A stretch of 59,030 nucleotides of DNA, the filler included, from Sphacelaria rigidula (taxonomy: Eukaryota), in assembly GCA_964200075.2 (NCBI GenBank). It is 6 parts of 6 records of this genome, joined end to end, with 100 filler letters (N's around TTAATTAATTAA, not from the genome) between each part and the next. Parts side by side here need not be neighbours in the genome. Positions count along the whole stretch, not along the records: positions 39,423 to 49,176 come from CAXNAA020007833.1; positions 49,277 to 59,030 come from CAXNAA020007834.1; 4 more parts are not named here. One strand, written 5' to 3'. The notes under the pieces are model-generated. The model was not told the DNA's origin and ran no database searches. It saw nothing but the letters and a program-made list of their open reading frames with translations. Numbering within the stretch: the stretch's first letter is position 1; each line of letters starts with the position of its first letter. A program made the position numbers and the translations under genes. This document shows, in pieces, positions 39,323-51,780 of the stretch.

Positions 39323-39422
39323 NNNNNNNNNNNNNNNNNNNNNNNNNNNNNNNNNNNNNNNNNNNNTTAATTAATTAANNNNNNNNNNNNNNNNNNNNNN
39401 NNNNNNNNNNNNNNNNNNNNNN
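39323..39422. other. Artificial contig spacer
   Basis: N44-TTAATTAATTAA-N44. Confidence 0.98.
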
Positions 39423-39746
39423 TAGAAGGTGTTGTCAATTTTCTTTACGCAAGTAATTCCGAAAGAAAAAATGTGTTGGGGGTTGGGTATATCTAGAGGT
39501 ATCTCAAACTAGGGATTCCCGGTAAATTTGACTGTAAATTACTGTGAAACATACCGCGGACCTCGAGTTTGAGATACCCCTTTAACAACTCGAATTGCAC
39601 ACATCGCCCGAGGATCGCATTTTTTTAATACGAATCTTTCTGTGAAGATATGCAGATCCGGTTTCTTCCCCTATTTCATGATGGGTACAGGAGTGTGCCC
39701 TGTGTGCACGCGGTGCTTGCCTTCCATTTATTCATGAGGAGGGTTC

Positions 39747-40032
39747 AAACGATGTTTTCGTGAGATTGAGAGTGGGTTTCATCATCCGCTTTATCTTGGC
39801 CACTTTTTCATTCCGTGTGTGCTCTTCTTTGCCTGTATCACTCGCGTGTGCTCAGAGCACATATCGATATCCTACACAGGGTTATCAAGGGCTTCAGTGT
39901 CAAGCTATCACGGAAAGCATATAGGGCCTCGTGGGGAGGCATTTTGGAACTGAAATTATTCATTCACTAATTGACCGCTTCACTCTCATTCGTATCCTCT
40001 GCAGTACTCTCAATCTCACGAGAAAATTGTTT
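39747..40032. mobile_element. MITE family A copy
   Basis: TIRs AAACGATGTTTTCGTGAGATTGAGAGT ... ACTCTCAATCTCACGAGAAAATTGTTT. 39943-39990 is the reverse complement of 18628-18678. Confidence 0.8.
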
Positions 40033-41559
40033 CTTCAGCGGTGCCTTCCCCTCGTCGACCGTAAAGTCGATTTTTTTGTGACGTAGCCGATGTCCACTGT
40101 GATGGGCATATGGTGTGACGAACATCTCTGTATTGGAAACATGCATATGAATCACTCTGTCTTACCCCAACCCTCACGATCACCCTCACCCGAACGAAGG
40201 TATACGGAGAACCCTTGGGGGAGGCGGATGCAACTCTTGCTTCTCCATCCTGCTCTTTCTTTTAGCAATCCATGAGGTGGTGGATGAGGGCCAGCCGTGT
40301 TTGTGCAGCAAAATTTGCTCAAGATCGAGTCGTGGACCGTCTTGTTGACGTGGGCGCATATATTTGTTTTGGAGGTGATGGGTATTACATGAAGTGCACA
40401 GCGTAACAGATCCACAAGGGAGTATAGAGCTCAACATTCCACCGTACTGGTACACAGTGCAGTTGAATAGATAGATGAGGGCGGAGAGCACACATCACAC
40501 TGCGTTCTAGCAGCCTCTTCTGCGGGATGATAGAGAAGGGTGACGGCTTTTTTTTTTCGGTCCGAGCATCTGGTGTAACATACTGTTCCGAGAATAATCA
40601 TTTTTGACTTGGATAAAGTAGGGAAAAACCGGACGCCTATGTACTGATCGAACAATGGAGCGGAGAGAGATTGCGCTAATAACACATTGGATAAATATTC
40701 AGACCATGATACGGATGACTGCTGGAAGGGGGAGCATGCAGTGAAAAGAAGATACACGCACGTGCCTGAACAAGAAAAAGACAGACCCCGCTACCACTCA
40801 CCGCTTTCTGTGATACAAGAGCAAACAAAAGTCACCAAGAAATGTCCTTCATCGCGAATTAACGCCGACTTTTGCAGGAATACGGGCCTTGGCGGAGTGT
40901 GCCTCCTCGGAAAGATTCGTTAGTACTTTCGCAAGAGGACTACTCGTATAGCGCACTTTCCTAACCTTTCGTGCGCCTAGTTTTACCTTTGGCTCGATTA
41001 TCGATTTCACCCTCTGGACAATGGACTACACTGTCAAAAAGTCTACTGCGTACAGTCCTGTATCGACTATTGAGCATTGCACCAGACAACAGATTCCATA
41101 CTGTACGCAGCACTTTTTGACTATAATCTGTCCAGGATGTTCTCCAACAGCCCCCGAAAATACCGTGTTTTTTCATGTTTCAGGTGTTCTCTTGGAGGAA
41201 TCGAAGCTCTTTTTTGTGGCGTGTTGGAGAAATTACTAGCCCGGCCAAAAAGCAGGAACTGGGCGCACGAAAGATCGGAGAAGCGGGGTGGAATTATCTC
41301 GGAGTGCATCACAGGCACCGTAGATAAGGTATCTTTACATTATTTGAGTTGAAGCCTTTTAAGGACAGAAATGCGGTACACCTATCAGATCGAGAAAAAA
41401 AAACTTATGCACTGCAGACTAAAGGATAATAATGATAAGTTCATTCGAATTGATGCATATATCACTTGTGAAAACAAGACGCACCTGCTCCGACAACTTT
41501 TGGCCTTTGCGTGAGTTGGGACCAGCTGCTGCATCGTGGGGAATGTATCGCGTCCGGAA

Positions 41560-41925
41560 TTTACCGGGTATACCTCCGGTATTCACCGGGGTATCCCATA
41601 CCGTGGTATGCGTGGGTATCGTGGGTATGAGTTTTGGAAATACCTGATTGAGCGGGTACGGTAGGTATCGGAACCTTGAAATATCGTGGTATCGTAGGTA
41701 TGAGTTTTAAAAGCATCTGATTGATCGGGTACGGCACTTGAAAATACCCCATTGGGCGGGTACGGTGGGTACCGAAATCTCAAAATACCGTGGTATCGTA
41801 GGTATCGTAGGTATGGCATTTGAAAATACCCGATCGAGCGGGTACGGTAGGTATTGACATATCGAAATACCCAATTGGACCGGTATCGGTAGGGCTTGAG
41901 ATGTTCCTAACACCGGTACCGGGCA
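41560..41925. repeat. Degenerate tandem array of GGTATCGTAGGTAT / GAAATACC..GCGGGTACGGT units
   Basis: Four to five degenerate units are directly visible. Confidence 0.75.
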
Positions 41926-42339
41926 ACTACCTTACCTACGGTGCCTGTGGAATGCATTACAAATCTTCCCGAGGAGGCACAATCCGCCAAGGTCCGTGTT
42001 CCGGCGGAAATTGGCGGTAAATCACTCATGTAGGGCGATTCGTGTTGAGGTTTCTCCCCCCGCACCACACGAAGCGGTCTGATACACCAATACGTTTTTT
42101 CAACTCGTTTTTTTCGGCACGCTGATGAGATGAAACATATCGCCTGAAGCCCATTATTTTTCTGTTCCGATTTTACATGTACACAATGATTTTGAGTGCA
42201 TCACCTGACCCCTTCCACCGACGCTCCTCCGACCACCATGCCCTCGCCCGAACGCATCACGTTCTTTGCCTCTCCCCCTCCCCCTCCCCTTCCCCCTTCC
42301 CCTTCCCCTGTCACGACCTCCACGGTTGGTCTTAGCCAT

Positions 42340-42485
42340 GCTGCGCGCTGCGCGCTGCGCGCTGCGCGCTGCACTATCCGTTATCCGCTCTCCACCGTGT
42401 GGCGGATGTACGGTGTGTAACACCGCGCTGCACTATCCGTTATCCGCTCTCCACCGTGTGGCGGATGTACGGTGTGTAACACCCG
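42340..42485 (+). repeat. (GCTGCGC)n followed by a perfect 59-nt tandem duplication
   Basis: GCACTATCCGTTATCCGCTCTCCACCGTGTGGCGGATGTACGGTGTGTAACACC occurs at 42371 and 42430. Confidence 0.9.
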
Positions 42486-45400
42486 CCCGCCCGTCCCTCT
42501 TCCGCCAGCGGGAGCAACGAAGGTTTTTCGGAGCAGTTTCGCGATTTGAGAAGACCTTGCACTACCGCAACAGTATGAATGCAAGACAAAAGTACGCCAA
42601 TCAAATTTCGAACCAGATGAAGGCAGGTGGGCCCGGAGTGCGGCACATCTTTGGGCGTAGCAACTGCAGGATATCGAGAAAATAGGAAATTCAAATAGCA
42701 TGAGCTCGGGGGCTTGGGGGTGATATGCTCCGTCGCAGTCAGCAAAAGTTGAGTAAAAGAGACTGTTGCCGGGAAAATATTCAATACCAAGTACGTAGAT
42801 GGAAGATCATTACTGTAGCTACCTATTTTCAGCGGTATGTACCTGGCTTGACAGGATGTGAGCATCCGCGAGCGTCACGTTTGTCTGCTTGAGTTTTGCG
42901 GTGGCGGGCGACGGGGCAGTAACCTGTCCATCAGACCGACGGTCAAAGGAACGGAATACGAATACGAGTACGAATACTCTGATTACTGTCGTGTAAATTT
43001 CACTAAAAACGCACAACACAAACCTGTGAATATTTTCGTCAACTCGCCGACAATGGAAGTGATTATTCACAAGGCCCAGTCCATTCCGTACGTACCAAAG
43101 CGCATACCTTGCTCAAAAATACACCAAGGGGGGAAGGATGAAAAAGCTATCATTTATCACGTCAAGATCACGTCACAAACTTTTGGCTTGAAACAAGCTT
43201 GGAATATGATTGGGGCTTCGACGTTATTGAACAATGAAACATGACAAATTATACCTCTGACTTGTGAGAGGCAAAAAATGTCCACAAATTGAATAACTTC
43301 TGGTCGGATCATACAAGTAGTGGAAAGAACCACCCAAAGAGAAAGCACCGGACCCACCCTTTCGTTCGTAGCGTCACCGACATCAAGTACTCTCGACAAC
43401 TGTGCACGACTTCGCTGCTCTACAACAGGTAAACATCGTGCACTTAGCTTCGAAGACAGGCAGAAGAAATAGAGTGGGAGAGAAACAAGAAGGGGAGTGG
43501 GGAAAGAGAGAAAGATAAGAAAAGGCCGAGAGCTGGGGGGAGCGGGGTATCTCGGGTATGCAAATTTGGAAGATCGACGAAAAAGGTTGCGATTGAAGGA
43601 CAGGGGTGAACTATCAAGGAGCGACCTCTTGAAACAACGGTACAGACTGTGCAACAGTATAAACACCACGGTAACATAGTCCACAGTGAAAGGGAGGCGA
43701 TCGGACCATGGTCTCGAAGGCGGCGCTTGTGATCGGCCTTATCGCCGCGATAGCTGTGGGAGTGCTGCTCGTGTGCTACTGCTCGAGAGGGGTGCACAAG
43801 GAGAAGAAGGTGTGTATGGGGTACGTTTTGTGGCTTCGTGCGTATATGTCGTTGTATTTGTTTATATAGGCAGTGCATCAGGGAATTATATATGTACGTG
43901 TTCGTCTTGACGGCTTCATAACTGCAGACAGAGTACAAACGGTACACCAGACAAACAACAGAGAGTAGTATTCACACAGGTTTTTTTTGAAGTATACACT
44001 TTTGGGCGCATGTACAACGTCCTCTGATGATGGCGGCTGCTTTTTCTTCAATCTACCTGACCCCGACGGGGCTGTACACTGGCATGAATGATGTCCCTCG
44101 AGAAACTTGCGTTGGAACTGACCGTGAGAGCCGTGTTGTCGATCATGTCAGCTGCAACAAAGTCTCCCCTCAACGTCCTTCATCGGTACCACACCATATT
44201 TTCCGAGATAGATCTTGATAGTCTCTTCGCAACAGTACATACAGCGATGTGGTACTAGAGATGCCTGAAACTCGACTCTCCCCTTCCACATCGATGATGG
44301 GCTCTTTCAAGCGGTCTCATGAAAAAAAGTAACTCTTTGGTTTGTAGTTGTACCGGCATGGTGTTGAGTTGAAATAAACTGATGTAAGAGACGCGGTATG
44401 GCATTAGAAATGCATCTTTGCTTCAGTCAGTGTCGTAGGAGGTGGAGGTGACGCCTAGTCCGAACACAACTCGCCAGAACAGTGCATGTGAAGAGCAGCA
44501 AGCATATTGTTTTTCCCGATTGCTCAAATAGCAGGGCCATCTGTGTGCTGTGGTTGTTTTGCCGACTTGGTGACCAGAAAACAAGAATATTATACGGTCG
44601 GGCTTGAAATTTGGAATGCATACTCGTAGTTTCTTCCGTTGGCGCGATGTACGCGACTGGGGCGACATCTGGGCCGAACATACCACGTTACCGTCTAGAC
44701 AAAGGCACAGCAGAAAATATCATTTTACCGCACCGCTGCAGGGCCGTCTGTTCCTCGTGAGAGAGGATATCATCAAACATACGCTTATGAGGATGAACGG
44801 TAAAACATTTCCTTCCTTCGTTTGGCCTTTTTGCATACCAAGGGTTCGCGTGATCGAACCCCTCTACAGCAACGCTCAGGCCAGTCACCCGAACTGATCT
44901 GTCTTGCGTACCATATACGTTCGACCCCCGCGCACGAAAGTCGACACGGCCGACCTGCGCTGCTCGTATCTTCTCCAGCTACAGAATGTTACATCCAACG
45001 GACGCATCTTGCAACGAGTTATTCGTTACCAGTCGTTTCACCTCTGAACACCGATAACTGTCACCCACTCTATACTATCTGCCATGTGAAGTTCGTCTCT
45101 CACCTGCGCCCTGTATATGAAGGGACCAAACGTGATACGAATTTAGATCAACTGGAACAACAGACATCTGCCATGCATCACGATTGTTCTCTAGAACGCC
45201 AATCATACCAAGTGCTGTATCTCAAACCCTTGAACAGAGGGAGATCGATCGCGCTGAGACACAGAAACCCCTCTCACCTGCTCAATGCTGTAACTGTAGT
45301 GGTTTGCCTACTGTAATCTACTGTTCCGTGCGTCAGTGCAGTACAAGTACCCGCATTGTGGCACAGACGGTCTGGTCTTACACAAGTTATGTTACTTTTG

Positions 45401-45720
45401 ATGGTGAAGCAACCACCACACCGCTGTAATTTCCGCACGAAACTTCACTGAATGAATGTCGTGACCACACATTGTTTTACGGCATCACCTCCCGTTTTCC
45501 CTGTTCCAGTGGCAATACTGCACCCTACTGCCTTGTTTTACGCATGGAGAATACCTCGTTTTCATGCTAATACCGAAAACAGATAGCACACCTTGATGCA
45601 ATTTTTACTCTTTATCGCGCGCATGCGTCATCTGTTGAATCAGCGTCAGTTTCACTAGAAAAATACTGCACGACCGAATGGCATTCCTGTCGCGGTCGAA
45701 GGGTTACCCAGCGCACGGTT

Positions 45721-45900
45721 CCCCTCGTGGCTCAGTTGGTATCCTTGAAGACATTAGACGGTTGGGTCCGGGGTTCGATTCTCGGTGAAGTAAGACAATC
45801 TGGGATTTTTCGGACATCGTCCCCAACAGTTGAGAGCGACGATATCATGGGTGCCGAAAAGTTCGACCCCACTGTTGTCGACGAGGGAAAGGGACCTTGC
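45721..45900 (+). mobile_element. tRNA-derived SINE, family 2
   Basis: A box TGGCTCAGTTGG and B box GGTTCGATTCT. The body is shared with 29568-29746. Weaker fragments occur at 40043-40130, ~47405 and 48010-48230. Confidence 0.7.
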
Positions 45901-46514
45901 CAAACCAATCCTCCTTGCGATGAAAAAGAAGGCAAGCGCTGCAGAAAGAAGGTGAAATGCCAGTACAGTACAAGATGAAAAATGAAATGGAGGCTCCTAT
46001 GTTGACCTCCCTCCTGTGTGGCCCCGGCTGATGCGTCCATAATAGATATGACAAACATGCACGCACACACACGAAGACGCCCTCTTCGCGAAAGTGTACC
46101 AGTACATTGATTCCCAAGTGTTCGACTTCTCACTGTCTATCCAGATAGTTTACAGTTGACATCAGGGCATAGGGTGTGTTCGTGACGTGGAGAGAAGGGA
46201 GGGAGGGGGGGGAGGTGTATGGTGTCCTGTTCAGACAAGGCTAAATCTGTTGTGGATCATGTAACCTCCGAGGTGAGGCATTTGGGTTGCTCCGTCATTT
46301 TCCAAAGTGAATGTGATGCCTTTTCAACCTGTACGACCCACCCTGGCGGTCGGAAGGGTCAACAAAGATTCACACATACAAATTCCGCTGTGGTGAGGCT
46401 AGCGATGAGAGACGGATGCTATCCGAGTGCCGTTACCCTTTGCAAAACGTACACCTATATATACATGAGGGCACGCGAGAAAAAAGCCCACGCGCGGTTA
46501 TTTAGGTACCCCCC

Positions 46515-46790
46515 AAAATGCCTCCAGAGGGATGCGTGGTCCCCCAGAGGCAAAACAAGCCTCCGGAGGCTTCCAATCCCTCTGGAGGAAACCGAACACT
46601 ACCGCCCTGGAGGGCCGCGCGCCCCTCCGGAGGAATTTGGGGTAGCAAAATGCCTCTGGAGAGATGGGCGGCCCTCCAGAGGGGAAAACAAGCCTCCGGG
46701 GGCGTTTAATCCCTCTGGAGGACACAAAAAAAAATATTCCTCTGGGGGGGGCGCGCACCCCCCCCCCGGAGGCGTTTATTTTCCCTGGGG
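46515..46790. repeat. ~130-nt direct repeat built of CCTCC(A/G)GAGG palindromes
   Basis: AAAATGCCTC..GAG..AAAACAAGCCTCCGG..AATCCCTCTGGAGGA occurs twice. Confidence 0.75.
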
Positions 46791-48730
46791 GCTGAAAAAG
46801 TAGACCACCCTAGGCGAATTTTCGGGGCAGCTGAATTGCCGCGCCCGTGGTCGCTGTAGTGTAGTGCGATCTTCGCTTTTCAAGGTACCATTCTCTCCCA
46901 CCACAAGCAGACATCCAACATTTGCACAGTTCCAGAAATCATGCGTAGGGTGAGAAACCATACGGGCGCATTTTCACAACAGGGCAGTAGTATTGTAGTA
47001 CTGTAGTCCGTCCAGAAGGGCCCTTGATCAAACCTCTACCCGATAAAAAATACCGGTGATTACGCGTTCAAGATACCTTTAATCGGGGAGAAGTATTTCT
47101 CCAACGTGGTCCCATGTGTCAGACTTGATCATGCTGCGAATCCAACGCGACCCGACCCTAATCCGAACCTTAACTCCAGCCTATAACCTATCCTCAATTT
47201 AATGCACGTAGCGCACACCACGAACAAGTCCTGAGGCACAGGGGGGCGAACCGGACTAGCACCACGGACACCTGTTGTGCCGAGAAAAGTGTTTGATATA
47301 ATGATCATGACGTATGGCCCTGCAACATGGGAATGTCTTGCTACGCTTCACCAGTGTTGTTCCCTTTCATCATATTATAGAGGCACGTGGCGGAGCCAGT
47401 GATCTGGTGGCTCAGTTGGTAACCCCGACTCCTTGTGACGGGTAGGTCGTACGGTAGTGGGCGGTCTAACTATTTGGGGGGGTTTGGGGGGTTTTCCTCG
47501 CGTACTACTCTTCGATAGACGTCAAAATTGCTAGCGTCGGTAAATTTTGGTACAACACAACATACCATCCTCGAAACACAGTGCCCAAGTCAGTGTACGT
47601 TGGTGTTATCGGGCGAAACGAGTTAATACCCCGTTCATCAGGAGGGTGTTATTGACCGTGAAACACAGTTTTTCGGCCCTAGTGCAACGAGTAGGCAGAA
47701 CTTGAAAAAATGAAACTGCGCATTTTTTTACAAGTATGATCAGGACGGGCTCGATTGACCGATTATACAGGAGAGTAAGAATCTAGGCTGAAACGTGGCA
47801 GGACCACCGATGACCGGTCAGCCCGTCAGTCAGTCAAAATTGAGTACAGATGGTTTTTTCTTCTTGGAATGTAGGGCGAATACAAATATCTGCAGATCCC
47901 CGATGTGATAAGCCGTGGCAAGCGAGAAGAGCCCAAGAAAATTGCCAATTAAAAAATAATCACAGAATGCCACAAAATAAATAGTTAGACCGCCCACTTG
48001 TGTAGGTTTTAATCTTGGAGCGATCTGGCATTTTTTCTCACACAATGCCCAACAGTAGTGGAGAGGAAAGCCTCTATATGGTGGGTAGACAAGAAGTCGA
48101 CTTGGCCCTCGGAACGCGGTGCGGTTAGTCCATCTAGATCACGCATACTTTTTTCAAGTGAAGGTTGATGCCGATTCAGCAGATGACCTCCCCTCGCGGT
48201 CAGAGGGTTACCGGTTGACGAGGGAAAGGTATTGATGACCTCTTCTCGCGAAGAAATAAATGAAGGCAAGCACCACAGAAGAGAGGCGAAATAAAACGTA
48301 AAGAACTACTGTGTTTGCCTCCCTCTCGTGTCCTCCGCCGGGGCACCCGCATATACCGAAAGGAATCGACCGGCGTCCAGAAAAGAGGAGCCGACAACAC
48401 AAGCATACCAGTAGAGTTTCACCACTTGGTCGATTAGAACCTTCCCGGGATTGTGTTACTGGATTCGAGTCTACACACCAATATTCAGATCTTTAGCGGG
48501 GCTGGCAGCTCCAACTGCCCCTTGCGTGCGCAGAGCGTGTTTTCGTCGATGAGGTCTGCCAAGGCCATACTTTGCCTGGGGAACGCTTCGCAACCCGCTC
48601 GCCCGAGGGTTCTTGGTATATGCCTTGGGTTGGGGTTAGACCCACTTTTATGGCAAGCACGAATCTTGATTTTTTCAAAATCGGGGAACGCATTTTGTGG
48701 ACACAGATTTGGACCTAGTCTGGGTCCGAA

Positions 48731-48826
48731 AAAATCGGGGGGTCACGGTCTCGGAACGGTTTTCCCTGATTTTTCGAAAAAATCGGAGGAAAACCGTTCC
48801 GAGATCGTGACTTCCCCGATTGTTTT
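48731..48826. repeat. ~95-nt near-perfect palindrome (fold-back)
   Basis: AATCGGGGGGTCACGGTCTCGGAACGGTTTTCC..GATTTTTCG/AAAAAATC..GGAAAACCGTTCCGAGATCGTGACTTCCCCGATT. Confidence 0.85.
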
Positions 48827-49176
48827 GAGGTGACGTACGAGGCGTTTGATATTTTGCAACGGCAGACAAGACAGTCTCATGACAGCTCAGGGCGTGCATA
48901 CTGCCGCCCCCGCTGCTGAAGCAACTTCGCACAGGGTTTGACAAGCGGATAAGAAGGGCTGACGCCGTACCCTGCGGCGATGGTAATATTTTATGCTGCG
49001 CTGCCCTGCCATATGTATCACTATAACGAACGCTACTGCACTCTCCTAGTTGTTGTTGCTGTGCTTGAGGGGTGATGTGCAGCACTGCACTTTTGAACTC
49101 TACTCGCACACTGTTTGATCTCTGTTCTCACAAACCGTCTGAGCCATCATGTACTACCACAAGGCATTATCATGTA

Positions 49177-49276
49177 NNNNNNNNNNNNNNNNNNNNNNNN
49201 NNNNNNNNNNNNNNNNNNNNTTAATTAATTAANNNNNNNNNNNNNNNNNNNNNNNNNNNNNNNNNNNNNNNNNNNN
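49177..49276. other. Artificial contig spacer
   Basis: N44-TTAATTAATTAA-N44. Confidence 0.98.
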
Positions 49277-49768
49277 CTCACCGCCCCCTACAGTCACTCT
49301 CCTTCATCACCCCAGTTCCTGCTTTCTAAAGGAATTGTGCATTCCACTTTTTCTTGGCCGCATAAGAGCCTAATCAACCATCTGTCCCACTTCTTTCATT
49401 CTACGCTGCGGAAGCAACTGATCTCACGATCAGGGTGCAACCTCTGCACACTACTGTTCGCTGAACAGTCGTTGGCCTGTCGTGCACAGTGCCTACGACC
49501 ACGAGTTATTCCAACACGGTGAAGGGTCTCAGTGTCGATATCTGGCATCGCGAGGAGGATTTCTCTCTGTATCTAATACTCCGATGACAGCCTGCGTGCG
49601 TAATGTCTGTTTGCATCACTCCGAAATTACATGGCCAAAATGGTGTCTCTTCTGGCGGATCAGATTCGCCCTATTTAGAAGCACTAAAGGGCTTTGGCCC
49701 GGGGACATCTGCAGGCATGGCCATTCGTGCTCAAGGCGCGCCTTCTCAGTAGTAGGCGAAACGGTATA
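49277..49768 (-). pseudogene. gag: Copia-like gag, 3' half (split by the Gypsy insertion)
   Basis: Minus strand reads YTVSPTTEKARLEHEWPCLQMSPGQSPLVLLNRANLIRQK...G, then after a frameshift DANRHYARRLSSEY*IQREILL. This resembles the UBN2/Retrotran_gag_2 pattern (RL..E...L.M..G..P...L.R). Confidence 0.65.
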
Positions 49769-50064
49769 TGTAAATGCCACCATAGATTGACAAGGAGAGT
49801 GACGTCAGATGGCCGTCCAGAACCATTGTTCTGGCCGGGGTTACACAGATAGAGTCAGAACCGTTCCCGGAATTCCTCGGAGGAATACCTCGGAGGAATA
49901 CCCCGGAAGGAACTTTCCTCGGATGAACGCGGGGCATCTTTGCTATGCGAACTCAGCCCAGCTGGCTCGCCCACACACGACACAACCCGGTGTGTACTCC
50001 GCACCAAACCGCTAAAGAAGAGACCAACGCCTTGTAGAACCTACGAAGGGGCTTATTCCTTCCA
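49769..50064 (+). repeat. 5' LTR
   Basis: TG...CA ends. About 18 mismatches to the 3' LTR counted by eye (~94% identity). Internal GGAATACCTCGGA-like repeats. Confidence 0.95.
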
Positions 50065-50136
50065 AAGTGGCGTCGACTGATCAACACGCAAGCGTTGGTG
50101 ATCGTGGAGTGCGGCCTACAATTGCTTGGCCGCCTT

Positions 50137-51040
50137 ATGAAAAGAAAGAAAAAAACGTACGGCATCCCAGGATGCCGAGGAGGCGACTGTTGCAGCAATC
50201 GCCGACCAGGACTACCAGGTCGATTTTGAACTGGAGTCCGACTCTCCTTCTGAGGCAGACGTTAGCGGCCGTGCCGCTGACAACAACGACAACGATGATG
50301 GCGACTGTGACGCCAGCGATGACGACCGTGTCGTCAACTTCGCAACCGAAGCCGCGGCTGATGGAGCCGCCTCTGACGGAGCCGCTGCTGGTAGAGCCAG
50401 CACTGGTGGTAAAGCCAGCGTGGCCGTAGCACGCCACGAGGATGCTCTTACTCCCCTCGAACCCGGAGACCTCGTGCGGATCCTGTGGGAAGAGGAGACT
50501 CAGGCGCGAATCCTGGCCCTTCGAGAGGATCATCAACCCCAGCCCTTCAGTGCCAGTTCTGCAGCGTATGGTGCTGTAGCCGGCACCACAACTGCGCAAG
50601 CGTTCCAACACGCGCAAGCTGCCACGCAGCAAGCAACTGCTCGCGCTGCGGCCAATCGCCCATCCTCACGTATCGTGATCGCGTCCGCAGCGACCAGGGG
50701 CAACAGCAACCCCAACACGCGCGCTGCTGGGGGCAGCCGCAACAGCAACAGCAACGCCCGTGGCGGGAAAAACAGAAACAGCTCCCCTGGTCGCTCGTTG
50801 GGAGGTACCAACCGCAACCGCAACGGCGCTCGTTCGTCGCGCGCTCGATACGGTCACCGCCTCGACGCCGACCGCGCGGATTGCGCTTATGAAAAGTGCG
50901 AATCGTGGAATTCACACGACCTCGACCATTGCTGGCGCATGGAGGATGACGAAATTGAGGCTGCCGAAATCGCCGCCGGGACAGCATTGTCCAAGCGCCG
51001 CCGTCGGCGCACACGGCGAGAGGATTCCGGCTCCGAGTAG
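50137..51040 (+). CDS. gag: Gag-position ORF with acidic N-terminus, N/R/G-rich segment and C-terminal CCHC knuckle
   Basis: The frame of ORF 50420-51040 is open back to 50141. ATG 50137 is one base out of frame at an A-run. It contains C-AYEK-C-ESWNS-H-DLDH-C. Confidence 0.55.
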
Positions 51041-51780
51041 GGGTGCCCAGGTCTTGTGCCCGTAGCACTTGGGATAAAACCTACCAGTACCGTGTCGCTT
51101 GGTAGGAAGGGCGTTAAACGACCCCGTATTCGTTTGGCGTCACTTGCAAATTCATTGCCTGCGAGTCGTGAGTCGCATAGCATTCCGCGTAGCCAGCATG
51201 ACTGTAGAAATTCGATAGATAAGAGTCAGTCATTGCCCGCCGTAACACGTCTTGGTGTCAGGGTAGATTCTTCCGTGAGCGTCCCCGCTAGAAGATTAGA
51301 GTGCCCCGTTGGCGCAGCCATTTCCCCCGAGCAATGCTACGGTAGGGGTGCAATTTTTGCGCGAAATCTTGTCTGGTTTAGGGGCTCCTAAAGATTCCAG
51401 ATGCACAAGAATATGGGTCAGGGCACCCCCGTTTGCAAATTTATTTGGACCATTCCTAGCACATTGGGCTCATAATCCTAGCGTACTCTCACACATTTCA
51501 TAAGTCATGTTTTGGATGAGATACAGGGCTCCTAACAATTCAAACTCCAGAAAATATTTGTGCATCCCTACCGTAGCATCCCTCCCCCCTGGACAGTAGC
51601 GAGTCTATTGGTGTTCGAAGTATCCGAAAACTAAAGGCCAGCAGAGAGGTTCAGGTAGAACCGGCATCGAATCGTAGTTCGAGCGGCCGTAAGAGGAAGA
51701 AAATTGAACATCATGGCGAAATTAATGAGAATACTCATGTTTCCCGTTATCTTTCTTCGCTGTCGCGGAAGAAGTCTTCG

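Noticed and set aside
40150-41350. Possible exons in contig 5
   Set aside because: No recognisable motifs or phase-consistent chain, and part overlaps a repeat end.
45721-45790. tRNA gene (also 15375-15439, 29680-29746, ~47405)
   Set aside because: A/B boxes are present but there is no acceptor or anticodon stem, and each runs into a shared repeat body, so these are SINE heads.
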